From positions 1 through 64,000 of the forward strand of contig JBHLPW010000009.1 of NCBI GenBank assembly GCA_048939015.1: a stretch of DNA of 64,000 nt, read 5' to 3'. Below, in pieces: positions 38,379 through 48,554 of the stretch (its first letter is position 1; each line of letters starts with the position of its first letter). The notes beneath the pieces are model-generated. The model was not told where the DNA came from and ran no database searches. It saw only the letters and a program-made list of their open reading frames with translations. Position numbers and translations under genes: made by a program. This DNA comes from Promethearchaeota archaeon (lineage in GTDB: Archaea; Asgardarchaeota; Lokiarchaeia; Sigyniarchaeales; SOKP01).

Positions 38379-39044
38379 ATGCCTAAAAAAAACAAAGATG
38401 AGGACGAGGATGATAATGAGGAAAAAAAAGAACCTTTTGACTTCTATAAATTTTTTCAGCATCCAAATGAGTTTTTTAATAATCCAGATAAATTTGTAAT
38501 GGATCCAACGAAATTATTTAGATCTAAAGATTTCCAACGCCTTTTTAAAGATATATTTGAAAAAATTACAGAAAATCTACCCTCTGAATTTCAGAATCTT
38601 TCACCAGAAGACATTATGAAAGAATTTACTAAACATAAAGGTAAGTTTGGTTTTCCAATAATGTATGGATTCAATATCAATATTGGACCGGATGGCAAAC
38701 CTACTATTGATTCATTCGGAAATCTTAAGGCAAAACCGTATTCTGGAGAACCAGAAGTTAAAAAAGTTAGAGAACCATTAACAGAAGTGAATGAAGGAAT
38801 AGATCAGATTATCGTTATTTGTGAAATGCCAGGTGTAACTAAAGAAGAAATTGAATTAAAAGCCACTAGAGATTCCTTAACGATATCAACAAAATCTAGT
38901 GTTATTGGTAGGAACTATTATAAAGAGGTTAAGTTACCTTCAGCAATCAATTCAGATTATGCCCGAGCTAGATATACAAACGGTATTTTAGAAGTAAAAT
39001 TGAAAAAGATTGATGAAAAACAAACAGATATTAAAATAGATTAG
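38379..39044 (+). CDS. hsp20: Archaeal small heat shock protein Hsp20
   Basis: YGFNINIGPDGKPTIDSFGN, REPLTEV, EMPGV, ARYTNGILEV. Confidence 0.9.
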   Translation: MPKKNKDEDEDDNEEKKEPFDFYKFFQHPNEFFNNPDKFVMDPTKLFRSKDFQRLFKDIFEKITENLPSEFQNLSPEDIMKEFTKHKGKFGFPIMYGFNINIGPDGKPTIDSFGNLKAKPYSGEPEVKKVREPLTEVNEGIDQIIVICEMPGVTKEEIELKATRDSLTISTKSSVIGRNYYKEVKLPSAINSDYARARYTNGILEVKLKKIDEKQTDIKID

Positions 39045-39169
39045 CTTTTACTCTTTTTTCAAATTTTTTATTAGTAATTTTTGGTTTTTATTGGTATTTT
39101 TTGTACAAAACTTTATTAATCTCTTTAGCACATAAAATTTTAATCAATTTTAAATTGGTTGAAAAAAAA

Positions 39170-40195
39170 ATGTCTGAAAAAAATGAATATTTATCAAAGA
39201 AAGCTCTATTAATTATTGGAATAATAACCCTAGTAATAATAATAGTTGGTTTGATATCATTAATCCCTGAAGTGAATCTAGCATTTTATTCTGATAGTTC
39301 TACTGTACGAGCTATATTCAAAGCTATTACATATCTTGGTGAACCTATTATTTTTGTAGTTCTCCTAGCAATATTATACATAGTTTACGATAAGAAATAT
39401 GCTAAAAATTTAGCTTTATGTCTATTATTTTCATATTATTTAAATGGATTAGTTAAACAAATGTTTCACGATACAAGACCGGCTCCTAATACAGATCTAA
39501 CTGAGGAATTAGGTGTTATTGAATCATCTTATGGATTTCCATCTGGTCATACTCAAAACTCAGTTGCTTTTTGGGGATATATTTCTTATGAATTTAAAGA
39601 TAGAAAAAAGTATAACGAAATTCCGATAATTCCAATTATCTTTTCTGTCATAATTTTTCTTATCACAATTTCTCGGGTAGTAATTGGCGTACATGATCTA
39701 CAAGATGTGATTGGAGCATTATTGATAGGAATATGTTTTTTATTAGTATTCATATATTTAGAACCAATTTTAACACCGCAGTTTAACAAACTTGGCTTTA
39801 TTGCAAAAATTCTGTTAACTGTAGTTGTTTCTATGGCATTATTCCTAATAGGAACATTTATGTTTCCAAGAGGATATGTAGAGTTAGCAACTCAAAATCT
39901 TCCCCCTGATTATCCAGATGCAGGAGCCTTTAGTTTAGTTGGAGGCGTATTATTAGGGTTCGGTGTTGGGTATCTAATTGAACAAGAGTATGTGAAATAT
40001 GATCCTTCAGGACTTACAAATAAAAAGAAAATAATTAACTTAATAGTTGGTTTAGTTATTATTTTTATTGCATTTTTACCATTTGAATATCTAATAAAGA
40101 TCGACAGTGCCTTTTATAGATTTTTCCGATATGCTCTTGTATCTTTTATATTAACCTATGTAGTTCCACTAATTTGCACAAAAATCAATAAATAA
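39170..40195 (+). CDS. PAP2-family membrane phosphatase
   Basis: KQMFHDTRP, GFPSGH, SRVVIGVHDLQDV; ATG at 39170. Confidence 0.9.
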   Translation: MSEKNEYLSKKALLIIGIITLVIIIVGLISLIPEVNLAFYSDSSTVRAIFKAITYLGEPIIFVVLLAILYIVYDKKYAKNLALCLLFSYYLNGLVKQMFHDTRPAPNTDLTEELGVIESSYGFPSGHTQNSVAFWGYISYEFKDRKKYNEIPIIPIIFSVIIFLITISRVVIGVHDLQDVIGALLIGICFLLVFIYLEPILTPQFNKLGFIAKILLTVVVSMALFLIGTFMFPRGYVELATQNLPPDYPDAGAFSLVGGVLLGFGVGYLIEQEYVKYDPSGLTNKKKIINLIVGLVIIFIAFLPFEYLIKIDSAFYRFFRYALVSFILTYVVPLICTKINK

Positions 40196-40244
40196 TTTCA
40201 AATTTTTTTTCTTTTTTTTAAAAATTGAATATAAAAATCAAAAT

Positions 40245-40403
40245 TTATACAGATATATTTACTTCATTTCTTGCGACTTCCTTTAAAAGAATGCGGTTTA
40301 CTAATCGTTTGTCGCTTTGGGTAACCATATCATGTGGAGTTATTATCTCGTTAATATAAATATCATCCCTATCGGGATGAGGTAATACCTTGACAAGATG
40401 CAT
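40245..40403 (-). CDS. Possible small protein (52 aa)
   Basis: MHLVKVLPHPDRDDIYINEIITPHDMVTQSDKRLVNRILLKEVARNEVNISV; less AT-rich than flanks. Confidence 0.35.
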   Translation of the reverse strand: MHLVKVLPHPDRDDIYINEIITPHDMVTQSDKRLVNRILLKEVARNEVNISV

Positions 40404-40518
40404 CTTAATTATGTGAAAAAAAAGTGATATATAAAATTTCCTATTTCTCATCTGAAAAAAAAGAAAATAAATATCTATTTTAATATTCAATCAAATTTAA
40501 ATTTATGAAACGATAATC

Positions 40519-40971
40519 TTAGAATAATTTCAATAATGGTTTGACTTTCTCTCTTCCTTCAGGGTTATCAACACACTTTAAAATTCTTTTTGCTAATTCC
40601 TTTTTTTTTCTATAATAAGTCTTCATTATATCTTCTATTTTTTTATCTGGATATCTTTCAACTAACGCAAGATCTCTTCTTGAACATCCACCTTGCCGCA
40701 TGCAACAGTAAGAAAGCGAGCCAAAACAAACTAAATCTGAATCCCAGTTGTTTTCTTTTGAAAACTCTTCTTTTATTCGGATAAATTCAACTTGTCCAAG
40801 ACCAAGTTCATCCAATCTTTCATCTCTTCTGCATTTAAAACCAAAAGTAAGAGAATAACCTGGTTTACAACAGAAGGTTAAAGCTCGATAATCTCCTCCC
40901 ATACATATTGGTACTGGAGCATTTTTTTCCCATCCGGGAAGATTCCTAATTTTATCTTCTTCTAATTTCAA
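40519..40971 (-). CDS. Methanogenesis marker 9 domain protein
   Basis: GWEKNAPVPICMGGDYRALTFCCKP...CFGSLSYCC...C.RRD. Confidence 0.85.
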   Translation of the reverse strand: MKLEEDKIRNLPGWEKNAPVPICMGGDYRALTFCCKPGYSLTFGFKCRRDERLDELGLGQVEFIRIKEEFSKENNWDSDLVCFGSLSYCCMRQGGCSRRDLALVERYPDKKIEDIMKTYYRKKKELAKRILKCVDNPEGREKVKPLLKLF

Positions 40972-41023
40972 AATGACCTTTTATAGCCATAGATTATACT
41001 TTATCAAAATAAAAAAATAAGAG

Positions 41024-41126
41024 GGCTCGGTACGGGAATTGTTCCGTAAAGAATAAATTTCTTTTTGTTTGAACCCGTCTCTAGGGATTCACAGTCCCCA
41101 ATACTAACCACTATACGAACCGAGCC
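41024..41126 (-). tRNA. tRNA-His(GUG) with encoded G-1 and 30-nt intron in the T-loop (58/59)
   Basis: Acceptor GCTCGGT/ACCGAGC, G-1:C73, D arm GTATAGTGGTTAGTAT, anticodon loop CTGTGAA, T stem ACGGG/CCCGT interrupted at 41039-41068; CCA not encoded. Confidence 0.92.
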
Positions 41127-41175
41127 GTGGTTTATTTTTTTAATAATAAAATTTAGTATTTGTTTCTAAAAAAAT

Positions 41176-41763
41176 TTAATTAATTGTTTCTTTTTCTTTC
41201 TCATTTATAACCTTTAACAGATAATTTAGACACACATCAATACTATTATTCAAATCTCCAGAATTATCTAAAACAAAATCTGCTTCTGGAAAATTTTGGT
41301 TCATTCTTGCCCGTTCGATTCTTTCCTTCATTAAATCTTCAGTTTCTCTTTTTCTATCCTTTATTCTTTGATAGCTGATTTCAAAAGGAACCTTAATAAA
41401 AATAACTTTAACATTTTTATATTTTCCTTTAGCCTCTGCTACAATTGTCCGGCTAACATTAATAATAACTAAATGGTCATTTGCTAGATATTTTTCAATT
41501 TCTATAGGAACTCCATAATCTAATCCATAAATATGCCAGGATAATGCAAAATTTCCTTCTTCTTCCAATATTCTGAATTCACGAGTAGATATCGATATAT
41601 TCTGCTCAGTTTCAGAAGGTTTCCTGGTAATAAATCTTTTAGGAGCATAAATTTGTTTTAAATGAGATGGAAATTTCTGAACAACTCCATTGATTATTGA
41701 ATCCTTACCAGAACCAGAGTTTCCTATTATTAAAAATAGTACACCTGGGTAATTTTTTACCAT
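41176..41763 (-). CDS. phnN: Ribose 1,5-bisphosphate phosphokinase PhnN-like (guanylate-kinase fold)
   Basis: GNSGSGKDS, RFITR, FALSWHIYGLDYGVP, NVSR. Confidence 0.8.
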   Translation of the reverse strand: MVKNYPGVLFLIIGNSGSGKDSIINGVVQKFPSHLKQIYAPKRFITRKPSETEQNISISTREFRILEEEGNFALSWHIYGLDYGVPIEIEKYLANDHLVIINVSRTIVAEAKGKYKNVKVIFIKVPFEISYQRIKDRKRETEDLMKERIERARMNQNFPEADFVLDNSGDLNNSIDVCLNYLLKVINEKEKETIN

Positions 41764-41911
41764 TTACTTAGTAAATTAATTAAAATAAATAATCATTTAG
41801 AAAACAATTAAAAAATGAAAAAGCATAAAGTCTTATAAGTATAATATATCTTAATAAACTTGAAAAAAATTAAAATTGTATAAGAACATCTAGCAATTTC
41901 AAACTTCAGCT

Positions 41912-42334
41912 ATGGCAAAAAAGAATTCTAAGCAGAAATCAAAAATCTCTGATATTCCTGAAAGTTACCAAAGATATTTAGATGAAATTCATGATATTTC
42001 CAAGAATAAAAAAGGTGGATGGGTTACAAACAAAGAAATTGCAGAAAACCTACAAGTTGAGCCCGCTTCAGTATCAGGAATGTTAGAGAAATTAAAAAAT
42101 CGCGGATTAATTAAATGGGAACCAAGAAAATCTATCAGATTAACTGAAGAAGGCAAAATAATAGCTAAACAATTAAGTGAAATCCATAACCTTCTTTTCC
42201 AATTTTTTTCAAAAGTCCTACAAATAGAAGATGAAAAAGTCATTGAAAATTTATCTTGTGAAATAGAACACCATATCACACGAGATGTAAAGAATTCATT
42301 AGAACAATTTCTATCACAATATCTGGATGGTTAG
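41912..42334 (+). CDS. DtxR/MntR-family metal-dependent regulator
   Basis: YLDEI, EIAENLQVEPASVSGML, LTEEG, CEIEHHI. Confidence 0.9.
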   Translation: MAKKNSKQKSKISDIPESYQRYLDEIHDISKNKKGGWVTNKEIAENLQVEPASVSGMLEKLKNRGLIKWEPRKSIRLTEEGKIIAKQLSEIHNLLFQFFSKVLQIEDEKVIENLSCEIEHHITRDVKNSLEQFLSQYLDG

Positions 42335-42399
42335 ATTTAATTATCATCTATAATTCATTGATACAACTAAATTAAAACATTTTATTTCATGATTTTAAA

Positions 42400-43158
42400 A
42401 TGTCCGAAGACTTAAATGAGAAAATAAAATACCTTCACAAAAAATTTGAAAATTTTTCTAATTTTATTGAATTGAGTGATTTTAGATCTTTATTACTATT
42501 TACTTTAACCAGCCAGGTTCCTACTAATATTATGGCTCAATTGGGACTTGGTTCTAGTAAAGAAACTATAAATCTCCCCTATAATCCCGTATTTAATATT
42601 TATTATCAGAAAATTAATTTAATTGCAGCAGGTTCATTGATAACATATGTGAGAAATGAACCTATAACTGATAAATTCACATTAGAAAAAGATGATCCTA
42701 TTATAAAAAGCTTCCTAAATCCATATGAAATGGAATTAGCTTTTCGAGGTAAAGAAAAATTTATTTTTCCAATGATTAGTGATTGTAGTGCACTTGACAC
42801 TAATGGGAATTCTAATTTAATTATAAAAATTGATGATATATTCCATTCACTTGAAAGTTTCCTAGCTGTTGCTGAACCGAATTTACTATTTGTTTTAAAT
42901 GCATCGATTGAAAAAGAACCTGATATTTTATTTACCTTTAATATGATGCCAGAAATGCCAAGTCGTATGGATCAAAAAATCCTAAAAATTGATGTTTTTT
43001 TTGATACGGATCACAAAACAAGAGACATGACATATTTAAAACGAGAGCAGGATTTTTCTATAAAATATTTAGATTTTATTAGAGACGTAAGTCATGCGGA
43101 TACATATAAATCGTCTTATTCTTTAATAATTCACATAAAATCATTTTCAAAACCATAA
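42400..43158 (+). CDS. Hypothetical protein
   Basis: 252-aa ORF with no motif recognised. Confidence 0.6.
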   Translation: MSEDLNEKIKYLHKKFENFSNFIELSDFRSLLLFTLTSQVPTNIMAQLGLGSSKETINLPYNPVFNIYYQKINLIAAGSLITYVRNEPITDKFTLEKDDPIIKSFLNPYEMELAFRGKEKFIFPMISDCSALDTNGNSNLIIKIDDIFHSLESFLAVAEPNLLFVLNASIEKEPDILFTFNMMPEMPSRMDQKILKIDVFFDTDHKTRDMTYLKREQDFSIKYLDFIRDVSHADTYKSSYSLIIHIKSFSKP

Positions 43159-43406
43159 CTAGACTCAAATATTTATATTTCATTTCTTAATTTTGTAGAA
43201 AATGCATATAATAAATGCATATTATCACATTAACACCTAATTACTTTTATTAGATAGTTGATAGAATTATATTCGTTAGCCATTAAGCGATTAATACAAT
43301 TAAAGGATTAATATAATCAATTTATAAAACATCCGACAAAATATATAAAGTATCTGAAGACATATTCAGAAAATTTTCAAATATTATATTAAAAGGGTTG
43401 TAAAAA

Positions 43407-43610
43407 ATGAAGATTATTACTATAAATTTACCAGAGAAATATTTGCAGGCAATTCAAATTTTAAATGATATGGGTGTGTATCCTTCCCGGAGCGAGGCGA
43501 TAAGAATTGCTCTGGATGAATTCCTATCAAACGAGTTAAAAATGTACAGAGACCTCGATGATGATAGCTTTAAAATGCTTATAAGAAGTAAAACTAATAA
43601 AAAAAAATAA
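43407..43610 (+). CDS. Ribbon-helix-helix (CopG/Arc) regulator
   Basis: IITINLPEKYL...GVYPSRSEAIRIAL. Confidence 0.85.
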   Translation: MKIITINLPEKYLQAIQILNDMGVYPSRSEAIRIALDEFLSNELKMYRDLDDDSFKMLIRSKTNKKK

Positions 43611-43860
43611 AACCTTTCTTTTTATTCTTTTTAATATCAACATTCTACATCGATATAGTTAAATTTCAAAATATTTTCTTGGGAATTTGGTGAAAACTTT
43701 AAATTAGAAAATACATATGCAGAATATTTAATACTTCTAAAACTGAGCATATTCTTAATAGAGTCCTCAAAGAGTATTCTTAAGTTTAAATATAACGAAA
43801 ATTGTACTCAAGATATAAATACTCAACTGCTTTATTTTCAATTAGAAATAAAGGAGATCA

Positions 43861-44505
43861 ATGGTAATGAAAATTGGTATAATTGGTACAGGTAGATTAG
43901 GAAGTTCTCTGGGTAAAATTTGGGCTGAGAAGGGTCATAAGATTATGTTTGGATCTCAAGATCCCGAGAAAGCAAAAAAATTAGCCAATTCAATTGGAAA
44001 CAGTGCAAATGGTGGAACATACAGAGAAGCTGCAGATTTTAGTGATATTGTCGTATTAGCGGTCCCATGGTCTGGAGCAAAAGAATCAATTAAAGCAGCA
44101 GGAGAGTTAAAAGGGAAGATTATCATTGATTCTACAACTACTGCCGCACCCAGTTTAGGAGGATTATCAACAGAACCTACTCCATCTGCAGCAGAAAAAG
44201 TTGCAAAATGGGCAGCAGGAGCTAAAGTAATTAAAGCAGTTCACACTATTGGAGTGGAAAGTTTACATAAATTAACATTTGGTACCCAACAAGCCAGCTT
44301 ATTTATTTGTGGAGATGATTTAGATGCAAAATCTAAAACTAAACAATTAGGTATAGATCTTGGTTTTGATGTGATCGATGTGGGACCAATTAAAAATGCC
44401 AGACTTATTGAACCTCTTGCAATGCTTTGGATTGAATTAGCGTATAATCAAGGCATGGGAACTGATATTGCATTTAAATTATTAACCCGGAGAAAAACGA
44501 AATAA
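43861..44505 (+). CDS. NADPH-dependent F420 reductase-family oxidoreductase
   Basis: IGIIGTGRLG, VVLAVPW, KIIID, FICGDD, GFDVIDVG, LIEPL. Confidence 0.85.
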   Translation: MVMKIGIIGTGRLGSSLGKIWAEKGHKIMFGSQDPEKAKKLANSIGNSANGGTYREAADFSDIVVLAVPWSGAKESIKAAGELKGKIIIDSTTTAAPSLGGLSTEPTPSAAEKVAKWAAGAKVIKAVHTIGVESLHKLTFGTQQASLFICGDDLDAKSKTKQLGIDLGFDVIDVGPIKNARLIEPLAMLWIELAYNQGMGTDIAFKLLTRRKTK

Positions 44506-44671
44506 ATATTTCAATTTTTTATTTTTTATTTTTCTTCATCCTTATTTAAATTTTGAAATAAATTACTATCATTTTCTTCAAGAGATAATCATAGAAAAGA
44601 TAATTAATTCAAAAATTATAAATAATCACACATAAATTATCTATCTATAATTGCTTTTTACTGATTAAATT

Positions 44672-45721
44672 ATGAAAGTTGCTAGATATTTTAGTAATGA
44701 TGACGTTAGAGAAGCGGAGATACCTAAACCAGAGATCGGTTCGGGAGAATTTTTAGTTAAGGTAAAAAAATCAGGAATCTGTGGATCTGATGTATTAGAA
44801 TATTATCGAAAAGCAAAAATGAAGAAAATGGGTGTTGATTCTTTAATTTTGGGGCATGAAATTGCTGGGGAAATTATCGAGAAAAGTGAGACTATAAAAC
44901 ATCTTCGAATAGGCGATCGAGTATTTGTCTCACATCATGTTCCATGTTTTGAATGTCATTACTGTAAGCAAGGACATCACACCGCATGCGATCTCCTCCA
45001 CAATACAAATTTTGATCCTGGAGGTTTTGCCGAATTCATTAGAATTCCTAAAATCAATATAGAAAAGAAAGGAGTCTATGTTCTAGATACGAATGTTTCT
45101 TATGAGGAAGCAGTATTCATCGAACCTTTAGGCTGTGTATGTCGAGCTCAACGTTTGGCAAATGTTAAGAAAGGATTTACTGTCTTAATTTTGGGATGTG
45201 GGGCATCTGGATTACTTCATATTCAATTAGCGAAGTTAAGAGGTGCTAAAAATGTCATCGCGACTGATATCAATGAATTTCGTTTGCAAAAAGCAAAGGA
45301 TTTTGGAGCAGATGAAGTTTTTGATGCAAAATTAGATTTACCTGAAGAAATAAAGAAGATCAATAAGTATAGGTTAGCTGATATTATCATAGTATGTACG
45401 GGAGCCGTAACTGCAGCAAACCAAGCTTTAGAATGCGCTGCACCAGGAGGTAAAATTATTTTTTTTGCTGTTCCAGAGCCAGGGGTCTTCCTCAATGTAC
45501 CTATAAATCAATATTGGAGAAATGAAATTACAATAATGACATCATATGGGGCAGCGCCTATGGACCTCGATGAAGCATATAATTGGATACTTTCAAAAAG
45601 AATTAATGTTTTAGATTTAATCACACATAGATTTCCCCTCAACAAAGTTGGAGAAGCATTTAAAGTTGTATGTGAAGCGGGGGATTCAATTAAAGTAATT
45701 ATAGATATGGAGCTAGATTAA
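44672..45721 (+). CDS. Zn-dependent medium-chain alcohol/polyol dehydrogenase
   Basis: GICGSD, LGHE, CFECHYC...C, GCGASG, LITHRFPL. Confidence 0.9.
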   Translation: MKVARYFSNDDVREAEIPKPEIGSGEFLVKVKKSGICGSDVLEYYRKAKMKKMGVDSLILGHEIAGEIIEKSETIKHLRIGDRVFVSHHVPCFECHYCKQGHHTACDLLHNTNFDPGGFAEFIRIPKINIEKKGVYVLDTNVSYEEAVFIEPLGCVCRAQRLANVKKGFTVLILGCGASGLLHIQLAKLRGAKNVIATDINEFRLQKAKDFGADEVFDAKLDLPEEIKKINKYRLADIIIVCTGAVTAANQALECAAPGGKIIFFAVPEPGVFLNVPINQYWRNEITIMTSYGAAPMDLDEAYNWILSKRINVLDLITHRFPLNKVGEAFKVVCEAGDSIKVIIDMELD

Positions 45722-45733
45722 TTTTAAAATTAT

Positions 45734-46699
45734 TTATTTATGAAAGTATTTACTTCTTTGGATATGTTTCCTAATTATCCAGGATTCCCATAAAGAGTAT
45801 ATTTCCAATAGAAAATCTTTTAATTTTTTTTTAGGGAAAAAAATGTCCATTTTAAGTAAATGTTTAACAGCTTCTTCTTCAGTTATTTTTAAACTACCCA
45901 ATTTCTTTAAAGCGAAGTCGACTTTTTTTTGATTAGAATTAATTTTATTTCTCATATACTCAAATGGATATGTATCAGGGTGCTTTATAATATAAGAATG
46001 ACTAGAAGTCAAATATTCCGCACTATTTAAAAAAATAGATTCTGCACGATTAATATCATCAAGGTATTGAATAATAGAGGCATCTCGAAACCCATACCAT
46101 GGTCCAAAGCCATCAATTTCAAGATTTGGTTTATCAAACCCTAAACAGCTTATATGAAGTATCTGTTCTTTGGGTAATAAAAATCCGACATGCGCTTTCG
46201 AGTGACCAGGAAATGGAATAGTTTTTACTATAAAATTTCCAAATTTCAGTATTTCACCGGGGTTGAAAGAATTTACTTGATTACAATTATGAAATCCATT
46301 TAATTCTCCAAACTTTTCAATAGAAGAGTACTTAACTGATTCATCGAATCCGAAACCTTCATAAAAATTATGTAAATCAATCAAAAATTTCGCTTCAGGT
46401 CTTGGAGCATGAATTTTTGCTCCTAGTTGTTCCCAAGCATAGACATGACTAGTATGGTCAACGTGGGCATGGGTACATATGTAATTTGAAACAGGGCCAT
46501 ATATCTCGTTAAGAGTATTGATATATCTTGGTTCAATATTCAAATCAAGACCTATCAATCTTTCATTTCTACCTTCTTTAGGCAAAATTAGAAGCCCATC
46601 ACAACAAGAAAAGAAAAATGGGGTCTTTATCTGATGTACAAGTAATATATTTTCTGTAACTTCCCATATTTCAAGATTATCTATTTTTGGAAGAGACAT
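45734..46699 (-). CDS. Metallo-beta-lactamase-fold hydrolase
   Basis: THAHVDH, PGHS, SSH. Confidence 0.85.
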   Translation of the reverse strand: MSLPKIDNLEIWEVTENILLVHQIKTPFFFSCCDGLLILPKEGRNERLIGLDLNIEPRYINTLNEIYGPVSNYICTHAHVDHTSHVYAWEQLGAKIHAPRPEAKFLIDLHNFYEGFGFDESVKYSSIEKFGELNGFHNCNQVNSFNPGEILKFGNFIVKTIPFPGHSKAHVGFLLPKEQILHISCLGFDKPNLEIDGFGPWYGFRDASIIQYLDDINRAESIFLNSAEYLTSSHSYIIKHPDTYPFEYMRNKINSNQKKVDFALKKLGSLKITEEEAVKHLLKMDIFFPKKKLKDFLLEIYSLWESWIIRKHIQRSKYFHK

Positions 46700-46814
46700 C
46701 TATATAATTTTAAGATTCTTTACCAAACTGCAATAAAGAATAAATAAAGCTTTAATAAGTTGATTGTAAAAAAAGTAAATTAAATCCAATTAAATATATG
46801 AAGGGATAATAATA

Positions 46815-47951
46815 TTATTTAAAAGCGTACAAAATATAATATGGTGCTAGATATATGCCCTTATTGGAAAATAAATTAATAATAAGATTAGCTAATTTTG
46901 ATATTGGATTATATATTGGAGCAATGTTCAGATTTATCTTAGGAATATATTTCTTTGTAGTGAGATTTTTTCTGTTTTCATAAAATCCTGCTATTAGTTG
47001 ACCATTATAACCATTTTGGGTAAAAAACTCTAATAAATCATTTGGAACCATTAATCTTTCAGCCCAATTTCCTGTAATGGGATCACATGTATTTGATGGA
47101 AACCTTTTCTCTTTTTCTGTAGGCAATATTTTTGAATCTAAATAATTTAAAACGCATTCTTTTATGTCATCTTCAATTAATCCTCTAGTTAGCCTTGTTA
47201 AGAGATTTAATTCTTTAGAATTTAATTTTCCACCTGAACTCTTAAAAATTATCTGCTTTCTTATTTTCGCATAAGCTTCTAATGTGTATCCCTCTTTATG
47301 TCCATATTCTTTTTGTTTATCAATAAATTCACTATTATGGTGGTGAATTTTTATCCTTCTTTTAATAATAGGGTTGTAAGGATTCGCTCCTGAAGCTAAT
47401 ACGAGACTTAGGCTTTTTTGAGGTAATTCCATTAATCCTTGAAAAAAAGCTTCAATATTATAAATGTGCTCGATTACATCATAAGTTCCTACAGCATTAC
47501 AATAGATACCTCTATCATTGCAGTAATTTACAATTTCTTTTATTTCACCCAAAATGTACTCATCTGCAGGATTCCCTATTGATTCAGCAATCGCTTTAGC
47601 ATCCCGACAAGAAGTACTGTAAATGTCATTATATATAACTTTACCAATTCCGATTTCTTTTGCTAATAGAGAGAAGATTCCAGAACCACCACCATACTCA
47701 ATAAAGACGAAGTCTTCTAAGGAATTCCTATAATTTTTCAAACATAGAGCTAATAATAGAGAATACCTTTGCAATGTTCCTTTCAAATTTGAAATTGATT
47801 TTCCAAAATAATTTGCCATGTAATCTGAAATATTTAAAGAGTTTAAATCTAAACTATCTAATTTTTTAAATAAACTACTTGCTGCTCCTTTAATATCATC
47901 CAATAACTTTTGATTTCTTTGTAGATATTTAGATTTAAATATAAAATCCAT
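46815..47951 (-). CDS. Class I SAM-dependent methyltransferase
   Basis: FIEYGGGSG, YND, DVIEHIY. Confidence 0.75.
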   Translation of the reverse strand: MDFIFKSKYLQRNQKLLDDIKGAASSLFKKLDSLDLNSLNISDYMANYFGKSISNLKGTLQRYSLLLALCLKNYRNSLEDFVFIEYGGGSGIFSLLAKEIGIGKVIYNDIYSTSCRDAKAIAESIGNPADEYILGEIKEIVNYCNDRGIYCNAVGTYDVIEHIYNIEAFFQGLMELPQKSLSLVLASGANPYNPIIKRRIKIHHHNSEFIDKQKEYGHKEGYTLEAYAKIRKQIIFKSSGGKLNSKELNLLTRLTRGLIEDDIKECVLNYLDSKILPTEKEKRFPSNTCDPITGNWAERLMVPNDLLEFFTQNGYNGQLIAGFYENRKNLTTKKYIPKINLNIAPIYNPISKLANLIINLFSNKGIYLAPYYILYAFK

Positions 47952-48005
47952 GATAAATATAAAAAAAAAGAATTTAATTACTTAATGAATTTCATTTGAT
48001 TTAGG

Positions 48006-48410
48006 TTAAAATAACGGTTTTAATTTATCCTCTTGTTGAAGGAAGGTAAGTAAAAAAAGAGCTAGCAAAATAATAGTGATTACAATTGTTAATGCTCCCA
48101 TAGCAGGGTTAAAAGTAATGAAACTAATAATTGATGTAATTAAATTAGCCACTAGCCATACAACTTCAAGAATTACAACTATCTTAACCTCTTTCCATTC
48201 TTTTGCAAAGATTCCTAACAGAGAGCTTACTGTAAGTCCCGCAAAAGCAGATGCAACTGTCAATGTAATCGCATGAATATCATTGGTAACCGTCATTCCG
48301 TATATAGGAACAGAAACATCTGGCATAAAAAATAATATAGTAAAAATAAGAGCTATTACGAAATGGATTATGAAAGTTAATTTCGTGAATTTTTGAATTT
48401 CTTCCGCCAT
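48006..48410 (-). CDS. Small 4-TM membrane protein
   Basis: Four hydrophobic segments. Confidence 0.65.
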   Translation of the reverse strand: MAEEIQKFTKLTFIIHFVIALIFTILFFMPDVSVPIYGMTVTNDIHAITLTVASAFAGLTVSSLLGIFAKEWKEVKIVVILEVVWLVANLITSIISFITFNPAMGALTIVITIILLALFLLTFLQQEDKLKPLF

Positions 48411-48554
48411 TTTTTAGATCACTTTTTTAAATTTTTTTTTATTAAATGGTTTAATATACTCATATTCTCTAATATATAAAGCTATAAAACCCAATAATAT
48501 TAGGTTAAATATGAGAATTAATCAAAAACTTAAAAAAAAGAAATAAAAGAGTAA

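Noticed and set aside
40990-41180. Integrated element at the tRNA-His
   Set aside because: No integrase and no duplicated tRNA 3' end seen in the window; the flanking genes look chromosomal.
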